Positions 8,934 through 18,481 of a DNA stretch of 64,000 nt are shown piece by piece. Under the pieces are notes generated by a model that was given only the letters and a program-made list of their open reading frames with translations, was not told where the DNA came from and made no database searches. The stretch spans positions 1,431 through 65,430 of the forward strand of contig CAMFVQ010000010.1 in the NCBI GenBank assembly GCA_945992255.1, in the 5' to 3' direction. The number at the start of each line of letters is the position of its first letter. The first letter of the stretch is position 1. This DNA comes from an uncultured Clostridia bacterium. Its GTDB lineage: Bacteria > Bacillota > Clostridia > Christensenellales > UBA3700. A program made the translations under genes and the position numbers.

Positions 8934-9746
8934 ATGAAATATAAAGCAATTTTTTCGGACTTTGATGGCACTTTGTACAGAAGTGACTATACTATATCAG
9001 ACAAAAATAAAGATGCTATCCACCGCTATATCAATGCAGGTGGCAAGTTTGTTTTGGCTACAGGAAGGCTTTTTCAAGCTATTTATCCAAAGGCTTTGGA
9101 GCTGGGGCTTGACGGCGATATTGTAGTGTATCAAGGTGCAGGTATTTATGACCTAGCAAGCAAGCAAATGTTCTATTCGCATTTGTTCGAGCGAGAGCTA
9201 GCTATCGAAGTGGCACACTATCTTGACAGCTTGACAAATATTGTGCCAATGGCTTACATAGATGACCAATGCTGTACCCAATTCGCCAATCCGTTTACGG
9301 ACAATTTTGCAAAAATATGTCAAATATCATATCGCAAAACTGGACAAAAGCTAGAGCAGTTCGTGAGAGAAAGCCAAAGCTTACCTATCAAACTTTTGGC
9401 TTTGGTTGACCCAAAGGAAGCGGAAAGTGTAGAGAGTGAGGCAAGGACAGTTTTCGGTGACAGGGTTGCACTTTGCAGATCCAATCCATTCATTTTGGAG
9501 TTCTTGCCAATGGGAATAGACAAGGGCAATGCCATAGAATTTTTGTGGAAAAGATATGGCTTGACAAGAGAGGAAGTCATTGCAGTGGGCGACTCGGAAA
9601 ATGATTTGTCTATGATAAAGAGAGCAGGTCTTGGCATAGCGACTGCCAACGCTTTCGATGAAGTCAAAAGCCAAGCCGACTGGGTATCGCTATCCAACGA
9701 TGATGATGCAATAGCACAAATAATAGATGATATTTGTTTGAAATGA
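8934..9746 (+). CDS. Cof-type HAD-IIB family hydrolase
   Basis: FSDFDGTL motif I and GDSENDLSM motif IV. Confidence 0.85.
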   Translation: MKYKAIFSDFDGTLYRSDYTISDKNKDAIHRYINAGGKFVLATGRLFQAIYPKALELGLDGDIVVYQGAGIYDLASKQMFYSHLFERELAIEVAHYLDSLTNIVPMAYIDDQCCTQFANPFTDNFAKICQISYRKTGQKLEQFVRESQSLPIKLLALVDPKEAESVESEARTVFGDRVALCRSNPFILEFLPMGIDKGNAIEFLWKRYGLTREEVIAVGDSENDLSMIKRAGLGIATANAFDEVKSQADWVSLSNDDDAIAQIIDDICLK

Positions 9747-9753
9747 GGTTATT

Positions 9754-10695
9754 ATGGAAGAAATTTTGGACGAAATGGCAGTATCTAAGACTGTCAAACT
9801 CAAAGAATTTTGCGATGCTTGCCAACTGGAAATTGTGTCAGGTAGGGAAGATGATGATATTACTTTCAATTCCTTTTTGGTCAACCGCCCTGGATTGTTG
9901 CTCGCTGGTTTTGAAGACTATTTTGGCGAGGGAAGAGTCCAACTTGTGGGCAATGCCGAGCATTATTATTTTCTCACCTTGTCATCTCAGGACAAAATCA
10001 AGTGCATAGAAAATCTTTGCAGCAAGCGAATTCCTTGTATGATTTATGCAAGAGCAATCAATGCGCACGAGATCAGCAAGAATATTTTCCGCACCAACAA
10101 CATTCCATTGTTGAAATCCAAAGAAACAACCACGAGTCTAAACACTCGTGTAGCGGATTATCTCCAAAATTTGCTAGCGCCTAGTATGTCATATCACGGC
10201 ACTTTGCTAGATATATCAGGCACTGGTGTGCTTATCACTGGCGACAGCGGAATGGGTAAGAGCGAAACGGCACTCGAGCTTGTTCATCGTGGACACAGAC
10301 TTGTAGCCGATGATGCGGTCATCATCAAGAGAGTAAACAATGACCTTGTGGGCAGAGCACCTGAGAATATCAAGTTTTTTATGGAAGTTAGAGGTATTGG
10401 TATCATTGATGTCAGAAGATTGTACGGCGTAGGAGCAGTGCTTGACAGCGAAGATATTGACCTAGTTATTGAATTGCAAAAATATAAAGACAGCCAAGCT
10501 TATCTTGACCGATTGGGCAATCAAGCCACCACAACCACCATTTTGGGAGTGGAAAAACCAAGGATTGTAGTGCCTGTTATGCCGGGCAGAAACCTTGCTA
10601 TTATTGTCGAAGTTGCAGCAAGAAATCTAAAACTCAAAGAGTTTGGATATGATGCTTTGCACGAGCTTATCTCGAGAAGCAACTTGAAGGAGTGA
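9754..10695 (+). CDS. hprK: HPr kinase/phosphorylase
   Basis: GVLITGDSGMGKSETALELV P-loop and overall HprK/P architecture. Confidence 0.92.
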   Translation: MEEILDEMAVSKTVKLKEFCDACQLEIVSGREDDDITFNSFLVNRPGLLLAGFEDYFGEGRVQLVGNAEHYYFLTLSSQDKIKCIENLCSKRIPCMIYARAINAHEISKNIFRTNNIPLLKSKETTTSLNTRVADYLQNLLAPSMSYHGTLLDISGTGVLITGDSGMGKSETALELVHRGHRLVADDAVIIKRVNNDLVGRAPENIKFFMEVRGIGIIDVRRLYGVGAVLDSEDIDLVIELQKYKDSQAYLDRLGNQATTTTILGVEKPRIVVPVMPGRNLAIIVEVAARNLKLKEFGYDALHELISRSNLKE

Positions 10696-10697
10696 TT

Positions 10698-10877
10698 ATG
10701 AACAATTATGAATTGATGAAAAAGGCAGAGAGATTGGACGAAGACGTCAACGATTTGTATGACGAGTATTGCTCGCTCGAAGACAGCCAAAAATATGAAA
10801 AAGACCCCGAAATCTTCAAGCGTAAGTACAAAGAATTTTATACCGATATCAAGCTTTCGCACAAAGAAGATTGGTGA
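10698..10877 (+). CDS. small acidic hypothetical protein (59 aa)
   Basis: AAGGAG RBS 6 nt upstream of ATG 10698; coupled to the hprK stop; no recognised family. Confidence 0.45.
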   Translation: MNNYELMKKAERLDEDVNDLYDEYCSLEDSQKYEKDPEIFKRKYKEFYTDIKLSHKEDW

Positions 10878-11040
10878 TTTTTTGATGTAAGTATACAATA
10901 TTTATAGCACAATATTTTCATAAAGTATTGAAAAGAAATCAACACTTTTTTATACGAATAAGAATTTTTATTTTGATTTTTTATAGAATTAAAATTATGC
11001 TATGAAAGCATTTTTCAGATTAGTAAAATTAAAAAGGATA

Positions 11041-11069
11041 TTGACTTATTATATAAGTTGTACTATAAT
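11041..11069 (+). promoter_or_regulatory. sigma-A-type promoter of the secreted-protein/ABC module
   Basis: TTGACT-17-TATAAT in an AT-rich 228-nt intergenic region. Confidence 0.5.
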
Positions 11070-11105
11070 ATAATAAATGGTTATCACTAATGGGGGGAAC
11101 GAAAT

Positions 11106-11859
11106 ATGAATATAATCACAAAAAAAATGACTTGTCTATTGGTTTTGTTTTTAGTCATTATAATTGTTTTCTTTTCTACACAAATTAAAGTAAAAGCTGA
11201 AACAACTACAAATAATGGTGTTGAAAATGATTTGTGTCAAATGAAAATTAATACTATGAATGATATTCAGTTTTTGGCTGATAAAAGTAATTCAAGAAGA
11301 TGGTATACTTGTGAATTAGTATGCGATGCAGGAGATGATTATGCAGGATATAGTAGAGCATCCAAGCCAGTATATTATCCTAAGAATGGTACATATGATC
11401 CAATAAACTCCGAGAAATTTATTTTATATGCAACAGATAAAACTAATCAAGAAAAAAAAACTGTCCCCAGTGGATAATTTAGAATCGGCTGCTAATATTA
11501 ATGCAAATGGACAGGTATCTTTAAGAATAATGGCAAGAAATAATTATGCGCCAACGGCACATAATCACAATGATTTGAAGCTATTTAATAGTATTGACAT
11601 AAATATTAGACCTTTAAATGCAACTGGCAAAGTAGCATATGGAAAAGTTCTTTATAGGGCAGTAGATATAGGTACAACAAGTTGGGATAGATCAGATTGG
11701 AGATATCTTGAACTGCACGATGATTTGAGCTTTAATGTAGGAGCGAATAAACATGTTCAAGTAGTTATAATTCATGAAGTTGAGGAAACTGGAAATATAT
11801 TTCAACTTAATTATTTTACTGAATTGAAAGGTATTTATAGATTTGATACATATGCATAA
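11106..11859 (+). pseudogene. hypothetical secreted protein, reading frame broken at an A9 tract (11452-11460)
   Basis: Signal-peptide-like N-terminus (LLVLFLVIIIVFFSTQIKVKA). ORFs 11106..11477 and 11428..11859 overlap at the A9 run. A8 would give one ORF of about 250 aa. Confidence 0.6.
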
Positions 11860-12556
11860 AAAACAATTATTGAAAATTGAGAATATATCCAAAAGTTTCA
11901 AACACAATAAGGTCTTGGACGGCATTTGTTTGGAGGTTGAGCAAGGTCAAGTATGTGGTTTGATGGGAATCAACGGCACAGGTAAAAGCACGCTTTTCAA
12001 GATTGTTGCAGGACTTGAGAGAGCGGACAGCGGTAAAGTGCTGTATCTTGGTCAACCCAAAACAGATAATCAAAATTTTGGCATTATGATAGAAAACCCG
12101 AACTTTTTTGGATATATGACAGGCGAGGAAAATCTGAGGGCATTGGGTATGTTGTACGACAATGTATCAAAGGATGATATAAAAAATGCACTTGGAATTG
12201 TGGGGTTGCTTAGCGTATCACAAAAGTTTGACCAATATTCTTTGGGAATGAAACAAAGATTGTATTTTGCGTTTGCGATATTGTCCAAACCTAAAATTTT
12301 ACTTCTTGACGAGCCGTTTACAGGCATTGACTTTTTGAGTGTAGAATTGTTGTCCAAACTCATACAAAACATGGCACAACAAGGTGTTGGGGTGTTGATA
12401 AGCGGTCACCAACTCGAACAAATGCAATCAATCTGTGACAAAATTTGTTTGCTTAATCAAGGCAAAATAGTCAAAGAAATCGTGAATGTTAAGGGTATTG
12501 ATATCAAGCAAGAGTTTAGCGAGCTTGTTGGGGTTGTGATGAATGGCAACGAATAA
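11852..12556 (+). CDS. ABC transporter ATP-binding protein (ABC-2 subfamily-like)
   Basis: Walker A GINGTGKST, signature YSLGMKQRL, Walker B ILLLDEP. Confidence 0.9.
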   Translation: MHKKQLLKIENISKSFKHNKVLDGICLEVEQGQVCGLMGINGTGKSTLFKIVAGLERADSGKVLYLGQPKTDNQNFGIMIENPNFFGYMTGEENLRALGMLYDNVSKDDIKNALGIVGLLSVSQKFDQYSLGMKQRLYFAFAILSKPKILLLDEPFTGIDFLSVELLSKLIQNMAQQGVGVLISGHQLEQMQSICDKICLLNQGKIVKEIVNVKGIDIKQEFSELVGVVMNGNE

Positions 12557-13532
12557 ATGGCTAGGCAAATTTATACTGAATATCATAGGCAAAAAGAAAT
12601 TGGTGCTGAGTTTAACAATCGTTGGCATTGTTTTAATTGCAACGCTTATAAGTGGCTTAGGATTGTTTAGGGCGAACGATAATGTTTTTGTCGGATTTGA
12701 TGCCCTAAGCAGTAGTGAATATGCAAGCGAAAGAATTGCGGAGTTGACTAGATATATTGAAGAAAAACCTTTGTCAGAAGAAGCAGTAGAGAACTACAAG
12801 AGAGAGATTGGATATATGCAATATATCATTGACAATAATCTAGCACTAGAAGATATAGAAAATTTGGAAGTCAATTCTGGATTGGTGTTTCCAAACAACC
12901 AAAACAAAACAATGCGACCATTCTTGTATATTGATATAATGACAATTTTGCTTGTTGTTTTTGTACTTATGTGGACATATTTGTTGTTTTTTTGCAGTTT
13001 TGACAATGGAATGATCAAGACAATTTTGTTAACAAATGTCACACGTACCCAATTCTTTGCAGTAGCCCTAAAATGGTGGCTCATCTTGATGTTGAGTGTC
13101 ATTTGTGCGATATGTATTGGATTTTCGTTATCTTTGGTGGGAGTGCCCGACAAGTCGGTTGTTATATTTAGTGGTAACAAATGGCAAAGTTTGTCAATTA
13201 AAGGGATTGCAACACTCAAAATATTTGGCTCAATAGCTATGATTTTATCAATGGCAAGTGTGGTGCTATTCTTAGGAATGTTGACTATGCGACCTTTATA
13301 TATTAGCCTTGGACTTGGTGTAGTCTATTTTGTCGAGATGGGCATAGCTTTTTTGCTAGGTCAAAAGTTTGGCGAGGTAAGCGTGGTCAACTTTTTGCCG
13401 TTTTTGGCTTTGCAAAACATTGAAAATTATAATAGTATTTGGTCATATATCAACCTAGCGGTAGGGATAGGAATAACGATTTTGCTAGTATGGTTGGCTA
13501 GAAAAATATTTTTGAAGAGAGATATAGTATGA
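12543..13532 (+). CDS. ABC-2-type transporter permease-like membrane protein
   Basis: Overlaps the ATPase stop; TM1, then an extracytoplasmic loop of about 85 aa, then about 5 TM helices. Confidence 0.6.
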   Translation: MATNKWLGKFILNIIGKKKLVLSLTIVGIVLIATLISGLGLFRANDNVFVGFDALSSSEYASERIAELTRYIEEKPLSEEAVENYKREIGYMQYIIDNNLALEDIENLEVNSGLVFPNNQNKTMRPFLYIDIMTILLVVFVLMWTYLLFFCSFDNGMIKTILLTNVTRTQFFAVALKWWLILMLSVICAICIGFSLSLVGVPDKSVVIFSGNKWQSLSIKGIATLKIFGSIAMILSMASVVLFLGMLTMRPLYISLGLGVVYFVEMGIAFLLGQKFGEVSVVNFLPFLALQNIENYNSIWSYINLAVGIGITILLVWLARKIFLKRDIV

Positions 13533-14599
13533 GGAAGGTTTTCGCATCGCAACTTTATAGTATTTTCCACAACAAACTATTTGTTTGGGGTGTGCTTTTT
13601 GCAATGCTTTTGGTAGCTATATCTATCTATGGTTTGTCATATATCCCTGATACTCAACAATCTATAGAAATAACTTTTGATGACCAAGCGGAGATTAAAA
13701 GATTGGAGATAAAAAAGTTGTTCGCAGAGTATAATGTCAGAGTATATGAGGGTAAAAATACTGATGATATTGTTGCTAAGGTGCCAGCAGGAACTATGTT
13801 GATTGGTATGGAGTATGGGCAAGCAAAGCGAGAATATATGCTAAATGATTATTGGATAAACCATTTTGATGAATATAAAGAATATATTTCACAGCAATAT
13901 AATTATGATGGCAGACCTAGTTTTGAATATGATTTTACACCAAATAGCCGTAGAATAGTGATGGCTCAAAAAATATCTACATTGGGAAGTTTGATGATTA
14001 TATTTTTTTCAATATTGGTCGTATTGTATCAAACTTCGTATGATATTCGTCACAATATTGTCAAAAACTATGTTGTAGCACGATCTAGTGTATCCAAATA
14101 TTTTGTTGCCAAATTTATTGTATGTGCAGGATTGGTGTTGATATTTATGTCTGTTGCATTGGCATTTTGTTTGATTTATGCAGGCGATAGTGCAATCAAA
14201 GGTATTTTCTTGTCGTTTGGCAAGATGCAACTTGTGCCAATGAAGAGTGTTTTTGCCGCAAATATTCTGACAGCTTTCAATTTTGCATTGATGGTCATGG
14301 CAATGTTTATGCTTGGAGTATATCTTACAAAAAAGATTTTTAATTCTTTGGCGGTGGTGAGCGGAATTGTTGCTTTGCCATATCTGCTTGGAGTTGTATT
14401 GGACAAGGCGCAAGTTGGACAAGATGTTTTGAGGTTTATACCTATATACAATCTTTTCAATGGAATGTACGGCTTTGGCGATGTTGCATTTTGGATAGAT
14501 AATTTGGTCGTGATAATGGTCACAATAGGAATGCTTACAATTTTTGTCTGTAGGTACAAGCTCTTTGCTAAAATGAAAAAGATAAGAAAAAATATATAA
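13529..14599 (+). CDS. ABC-2-type transporter permease-like membrane protein (second)
   Basis: ATGA start/stop overlap; TM1, then a loop of about 110 aa, then about 5 TM helices. Confidence 0.6.
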   Translation: MRKVFASQLYSIFHNKLFVWGVLFAMLLVAISIYGLSYIPDTQQSIEITFDDQAEIKRLEIKKLFAEYNVRVYEGKNTDDIVAKVPAGTMLIGMEYGQAKREYMLNDYWINHFDEYKEYISQQYNYDGRPSFEYDFTPNSRRIVMAQKISTLGSLMIIFFSILVVLYQTSYDIRHNIVKNYVVARSSVSKYFVAKFIVCAGLVLIFMSVALAFCLIYAGDSAIKGIFLSFGKMQLVPMKSVFAANILTAFNFALMVMAMFMLGVYLTKKIFNSLAVVSGIVALPYLLGVVLDKAQVGQDVLRFIPIYNLFNGMYGFGDVAFWIDNLVVIMVTIGMLTIFVCRYKLFAKMKKIRKNI

Positions 14600-14614
14600 T
14601 ACTAGTTTAGTTAA

Positions 14615-14638
14615 AATTGCTCTTAGGGGCAATTTTTT
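14615..14638 (+). terminator. rho-independent terminator of the ABC module
   Basis: Stem AATTGCTC/GGGGCAATT followed by TTTTTT. Confidence 0.6.
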
Positions 14639-14682
14639 ATTGGATGAAGAGTACAAGAATTATAAAAGCAAAGGTATAGGAT

Positions 14683-14709
14683 AAAAAAAATATGCACCGA
14701 TGTGCATAT
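14683..14709 (-). terminator. rho-independent terminator of the minus-strand DUF4364 operon
   Basis: 8-bp stem ATATGCAC/GTGCATAT followed on the minus strand by T8. Confidence 0.65.
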
Positions 14710-14710
14710 C

Positions 14711-15229
14711 TTAGTCTACTAGGTTTTCTTGGATAAATTCGTACACCATTGCTGCCTTGTCGCCCCAATTCTTGAATATCCACTTAGCAGTGTTGCGGTT
14801 CTGGATATTGAGTTTGAGTTCCATAAGTGGTACGGTGTTGGAGTCTATCTTCAACACAACTGTATAAGTACCGTCGCTGTTTTTGTAGTAGTCGGACACA
14901 TAGTCTTGCTTTTTGCGATACTTGATACGATTTTTCTTGATGTTGTCAGTGATTGCTTCACGGAGGGAAGAATTGATATTGGTGTAGAAGCTATTTAGGC
15001 ACTCTCTGCCATCTGTCGTGATAGTAAAGCGTGGATTACTACTGCGAGGGGATATGTTGGCAATGAAGCTTGTTTTGAGAAGCTGAGTCAAACAATCCTT
15101 GCATTCCATATAATTTATCCAACCGTTTTCTGTGACCATGTCAATAACGATGTTCTCTTGAATAGGAACATCCATTTTGTCAAAGACAAACAAAAGAATA
15201 AGCTTGTTGATAGACTGTTGGTCGAGCAT
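14711..15229 (-). CDS. DUF4364-family protein (PadR-like winged-helix suspected)
   Basis: N-terminus MLDQQSINKLILLFVFDKMDVPIQENIVIDMV recalls DUF4364 proteins of Clostridia; start set at the internal ATG 1 nt after the upstream stop. Confidence 0.6.
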   Translation of the reverse strand: MLDQQSINKLILLFVFDKMDVPIQENIVIDMVTENGWINYMECKDCLTQLLKTSFIANISPRSSNPRFTITTDGRECLNSFYTNINSSLREAITDNIKKNRIKYRKKQDYVSDYYKNSDGTYTVVLKIDSNTVPLMELKLNIQNRNTAKWIFKNWGDKAAMVYEFIQENLVD

Positions 15230-15230
15230 A

Positions 15231-15458
15231 TTAGTCGATATAAGGTGCGATTGCGGTGAGCAAATCGTCACATTCCTCGGCATAAATCTCGAGAACTACT
15301 GGGCGATTGAGGTCGAGTGAAAAGATACCCAAAATAGATTTGGCATCAACAACATATCTGCCGCTGCGAAGATCCATATCATAGTCGAATCTAGAGATTA
15401 CATTGACAAAGTTTTTTACATTGTCTGTGGTATTGAGTAGAATAGAAACTGATTTCAT
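15231..15458 (-). CDS. HPr-fold protein lacking the catalytic histidine (Crh-like)
   Basis: 75 aa with AGGAG RBS. DAKSILGIFSL aligns with the HPr Ser46 region. The protein contains no histidine at all. Confidence 0.7.
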   Translation of the reverse strand: MKSVSILLNTTDNVKNFVNVISRFDYDMDLRSGRYVVDAKSILGIFSLDLNRPVVLEIYAEECDDLLTAIAPYID

Positions 15459-15582
15459 TTTTTTCTCCTAAAAATTGCGATTACAAATATTATAATACAT
15501 TTTTTTGCTAAAATCAATGCTTTCATTGACAAAGTTTTCACAAAACACAAAAAGTTTTGAAAAACTCAAAATAATTTTTTGG

Positions 15583-15611
15583 TTGCTAAAAAAAATGTTT
15601 TGCATTATAAT
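15583..15611 (+). promoter_or_regulatory. sigma-A-type promoter
   Basis: TTGCTA-17-TATAAT upstream of the gene starting at 15633. Confidence 0.45.
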
Positions 15612-15632
15612 GAAATAAATAAAGGAGAGCTT

Positions 15633-16355
15633 ATGTCACCTGATATCCAAATTGCTTACAACACATTTGAAAAAAAATGTAATGATATTGTACATTCCAA
15701 CTTTATTATGTCGAGCAACTACATTATGAGTTTGCTAAGACTAGTTGCCCAAACTCCAGTGCTTATGGAGTTCGTTGCCAAGTGCAATCAAGGTCTGAGT
15801 TATAAAGAAGAATTCGACCTTGCTTCCAGTGGGGCATCTTTCCGTTTGCCAGCCAGCAAAAAGCGTATTGTGTCCTTGGTGACAGGAATGTTGTTCGAGA
15901 TTGACCAAAATTCTATCAATCTAAATTCTTTCCTTATCAAATATTTTGGTACCACAGACTATGAAGAGGGCTACAAAATGTTCTGCAAGAGTGTCATTGA
16001 GCCATATTGTGAGGCTTTCAAAATGATACTTGATGATGAAATCGAAGAGGACAACACTCGTGATGTGACAGCTGTCAAAGATGTGGCTTTATCTGACAAT
16101 ATCAAAGAGCAAATCTTTCCTTATATCAGTGCAATGAACGAAGTGGTGGCATCTGATCACAACCTAAAAGAGAAGAAAAGAAAAGACTATTTGACCATGC
16201 TCGAAGGCTTCTATTATGCAATCGAGATAAGCAATGCCAAGATGATACAAGTCGTGTGGATAGGACTGCAAAGTGTGGTGGAGAGCTATCGTCCGCTCAA
16301 GTCTTATATCAAGTCATTGCAAAGCATTTTGCTTGCGTTCGATATTGTAGAATAA
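15633..16355 (+). CDS. hypothetical cytoplasmic protein
   Basis: AAAGGAG RBS before ATG 15633; 240 aa; no recognised domain. Confidence 0.5.
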   Translation: MSPDIQIAYNTFEKKCNDIVHSNFIMSSNYIMSLLRLVAQTPVLMEFVAKCNQGLSYKEEFDLASSGASFRLPASKKRIVSLVTGMLFEIDQNSINLNSFLIKYFGTTDYEEGYKMFCKSVIEPYCEAFKMILDDEIEEDNTRDVTAVKDVALSDNIKEQIFPYISAMNEVVASDHNLKEKKRKDYLTMLEGFYYAIEISNAKMIQVVWIGLQSVVESYRPLKSYIKSLQSILLAFDIVE

Positions 16356-16366
16356 TCAAACAATTT

Positions 16367-16390
16367 TGGAGCGAAAGCTCCATTTTTTTT
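16367..16390 (+). terminator. rho-independent terminator
   Basis: TGGAGC-GAAA-GCTCCA followed by T8. Confidence 0.8.
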
Positions 16391-16587
16391 GCAAAGTTGT
16401 AAGTTGTCGAAAGGGGCAAAATATTTGTTTTGTTTGGTATATGTATAGTAGCTTCTAAAATTTAGAAGAAAACAACCAACTTGCATATAATATTGATAAA
16501 TATTGAGTTGTGGGTCAAAGGCTACTCAATATCTAAAAAGTGCGAATGCAAAAATTTGGTAAATAAGCAAAAAATAGGTGAGAATTG

Positions 16588-16616
16588 TTGCAAAGATATA
16601 CAAATTTTGGTATAAT
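16588..16616 (+). promoter_or_regulatory. sigma-A-type promoter of pckG
   Basis: TTGCAA-17-TATAAT with TG at the extended -10 position. Confidence 0.55.
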
Positions 16617-16661
16617 GTGCATAACCTATAAATTGATATTATTTTAACAAGGAGATATGTT

Positions 16662-18437
16662 ATGGAAATGACAACAAACAAACAAGTTTTGGACTTTGTC
16701 AATGGCAGAGCAAAACTTGGAAAAGCTAAAGAAGTCGTTTGGATTACTGGTGACAAGGCTCAATATGATGCACTTACCGCTGAGGCAATCAGCACAGGCG
16801 AAATGATTGAACTCAATCAAGAATTGCTTCCTGGTTGCTTGCTCCACAGAACAAAAGAAAACGACGTTGCTCGTGTAGAAGGCAGAACTTTTATTTGCGC
16901 TCGTGAAGAAAAGAATGCTGGTCCTACAAACAACTGGTGGAATCCAACCGAAGCTTACGCAAAACTCGAGAGCATTCTTGATGGAGCTTACGAAGGAAGA
17001 ACTATGTACGTTATTCCTTTCTCAATGGGACCTGTAGGCGGACCAATTTCTAAGATTGGTATCGAAGTAACTGACTCTATTTACGTTGTTCTCAACATGA
17101 GAATTATGACTCGTGTAGGCAAGGACGTACTTGATGTTTTGGGCGACAGCAATGACTTCGTTCGTGGTACACACGCAAAATGTGATGTAAATCCAGAAGA
17201 AAGATATATTTGCCAATTCCCAGAAGACAATGCAATTATCTCTGTAAACAGTGCTTACGGCGGCAACGTATTGCTCGGTAAGAAGTGTTTTGCTCTTCGT
17301 ATCGCATCTTACCAAGGTAAGAACGAAATGTGGATGGCTGAGCATATGCTTATCCTTGGTATCGAAAGACCTGGCAAAGAGACTGTTTATATGGCAGCTG
17401 CTTTCCCATCTGCTTGCGGTAAGACCAACCTTGCAATGCTTATTCCTCCAGTAGAATTCCAAAACAAGGGATACAAAGTTTATACTGTAGGTGATGATAT
17501 CGCTTGGATTAAGAAAGGTCCAGATGGCAGACTTTACGCTATCAACCCAGAGAATGGTTTCTTTGGCGTAGCTCCTGGTACCAACAAAAAATCTAACCCT
17601 AACGCACTTATTTCTACAATGAAGAACACTATCTTCACCAACGTTGCTCTCAACCTCGAAAACAACACAGTTTGGTGGGAAGGTCTTGATAAGAATCCAC
17701 CAGTCAACGCTATTGATTGGAAGGGCAACCCATGGAATGGTCAAACTTCTACAGAGAAGGGCGCTCATCCAAACAGCAGATTTACAGCTCCTGCAATCAA
17801 CTGCCCATGCATCAGCAAAGAATTCGAAAATCCAGCTGGTGTACCAATTAGTGCATTCATCTTTGGTGGTCGTCGTCCTAACACTGTACCACTTGTATAC
17901 CAAGCTAGAAGCTGGGAACACGGTGTATTCGTAGGTTCTATCATGGGTTCTGAGACAACTGCTGCTGCTACTGGTGCAGTAGGTGTTGTAAGACGTGACC
18001 CAATGGCTATGAGACCATTCTGCGGATACCACATGGGTGATTACTTCCAACACTGGCTCGATATGGGCAACTCTGTTGACAAGGACAAACAACCTAAGTT
18101 CTTCAATGTAAACTGGTTCAGAACAGATGCAGAAGGACACTTTGTATGGCCAGGATTTGGTGACAACATGCGTGTTCTTGATTGGATGCTTAAGAGAATC
18201 GACGGCGAAGTTGAAGCTCAAGAGACAGCAATCGGTTATGTTCCATTCGTTGATGATATCAACCTTGAAGGTGCTGATGTTAGCAAAGAAACAGTTGCTG
18301 ATATCCTCACAATCGACAATGCTGCTTGGAAGAAAGAAGCAGAAGGCATCAAAGAATTCTACAAAGATTTCGGCGACAGACTTCCTGCTGAGCTTGCTAA
18401 ACAAGCAGATGAGCTTGTATCAAGACTCGACAAATAA
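16662..18437 (+). CDS. pckG: phosphoenolpyruvate carboxykinase (GTP)
   Basis: 591 aa; FPSACGKTNLAML kinase-1a motif and GTP-PEPCK-type sequence throughout. Confidence 0.93.
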   Translation: MEMTTNKQVLDFVNGRAKLGKAKEVVWITGDKAQYDALTAEAISTGEMIELNQELLPGCLLHRTKENDVARVEGRTFICAREEKNAGPTNNWWNPTEAYAKLESILDGAYEGRTMYVIPFSMGPVGGPISKIGIEVTDSIYVVLNMRIMTRVGKDVLDVLGDSNDFVRGTHAKCDVNPEERYICQFPEDNAIISVNSAYGGNVLLGKKCFALRIASYQGKNEMWMAEHMLILGIERPGKETVYMAAAFPSACGKTNLAMLIPPVEFQNKGYKVYTVGDDIAWIKKGPDGRLYAINPENGFFGVAPGTNKKSNPNALISTMKNTIFTNVALNLENNTVWWEGLDKNPPVNAIDWKGNPWNGQTSTEKGAHPNSRFTAPAINCPCISKEFENPAGVPISAFIFGGRRPNTVPLVYQARSWEHGVFVGSIMGSETTAAATGAVGVVRRDPMAMRPFCGYHMGDYFQHWLDMGNSVDKDKQPKFFNVNWFRTDAEGHFVWPGFGDNMRVLDWMLKRIDGEVEAQETAIGYVPFVDDINLEGADVSKETVADILTIDNAAWKKEAEGIKEFYKDFGDRLPAELAKQADELVSRLDK

Positions 18438-18453
18438 TCATTGTAAGATGACT

Positions 18454-18481
18454 AAGTCCCACTTCGGTGGGACTTTTTTTG
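18454..18481 (+). terminator. rho-independent terminator
   Basis: AAGTCCCAC-TTCG-GTGGGACTT followed by a T run. Confidence 0.85.

Noticed and set aside
16391-16661. A search for a catabolite-responsive element (cre) or Rex box upstream of pckG, plus small hairpins (CTTCTAAAATTTAGAAG; ATTGAGT...ACTCAAT)
   Set aside because: Nothing matched TGWAANCGNTNWCA or TTGTGAA-N4-TTCACAA acceptably. The hairpins are short and lack flanking signals.
17022-18404. A 460-aa minus-strand ORF antisense to pckG
   Set aside because: It is a shadow ORF of a strongly supported GTP-PEPCK gene. Its translation is low-complexity and Ser/Cys/Val-rich with no motifs, and it has no RBS or promoter.
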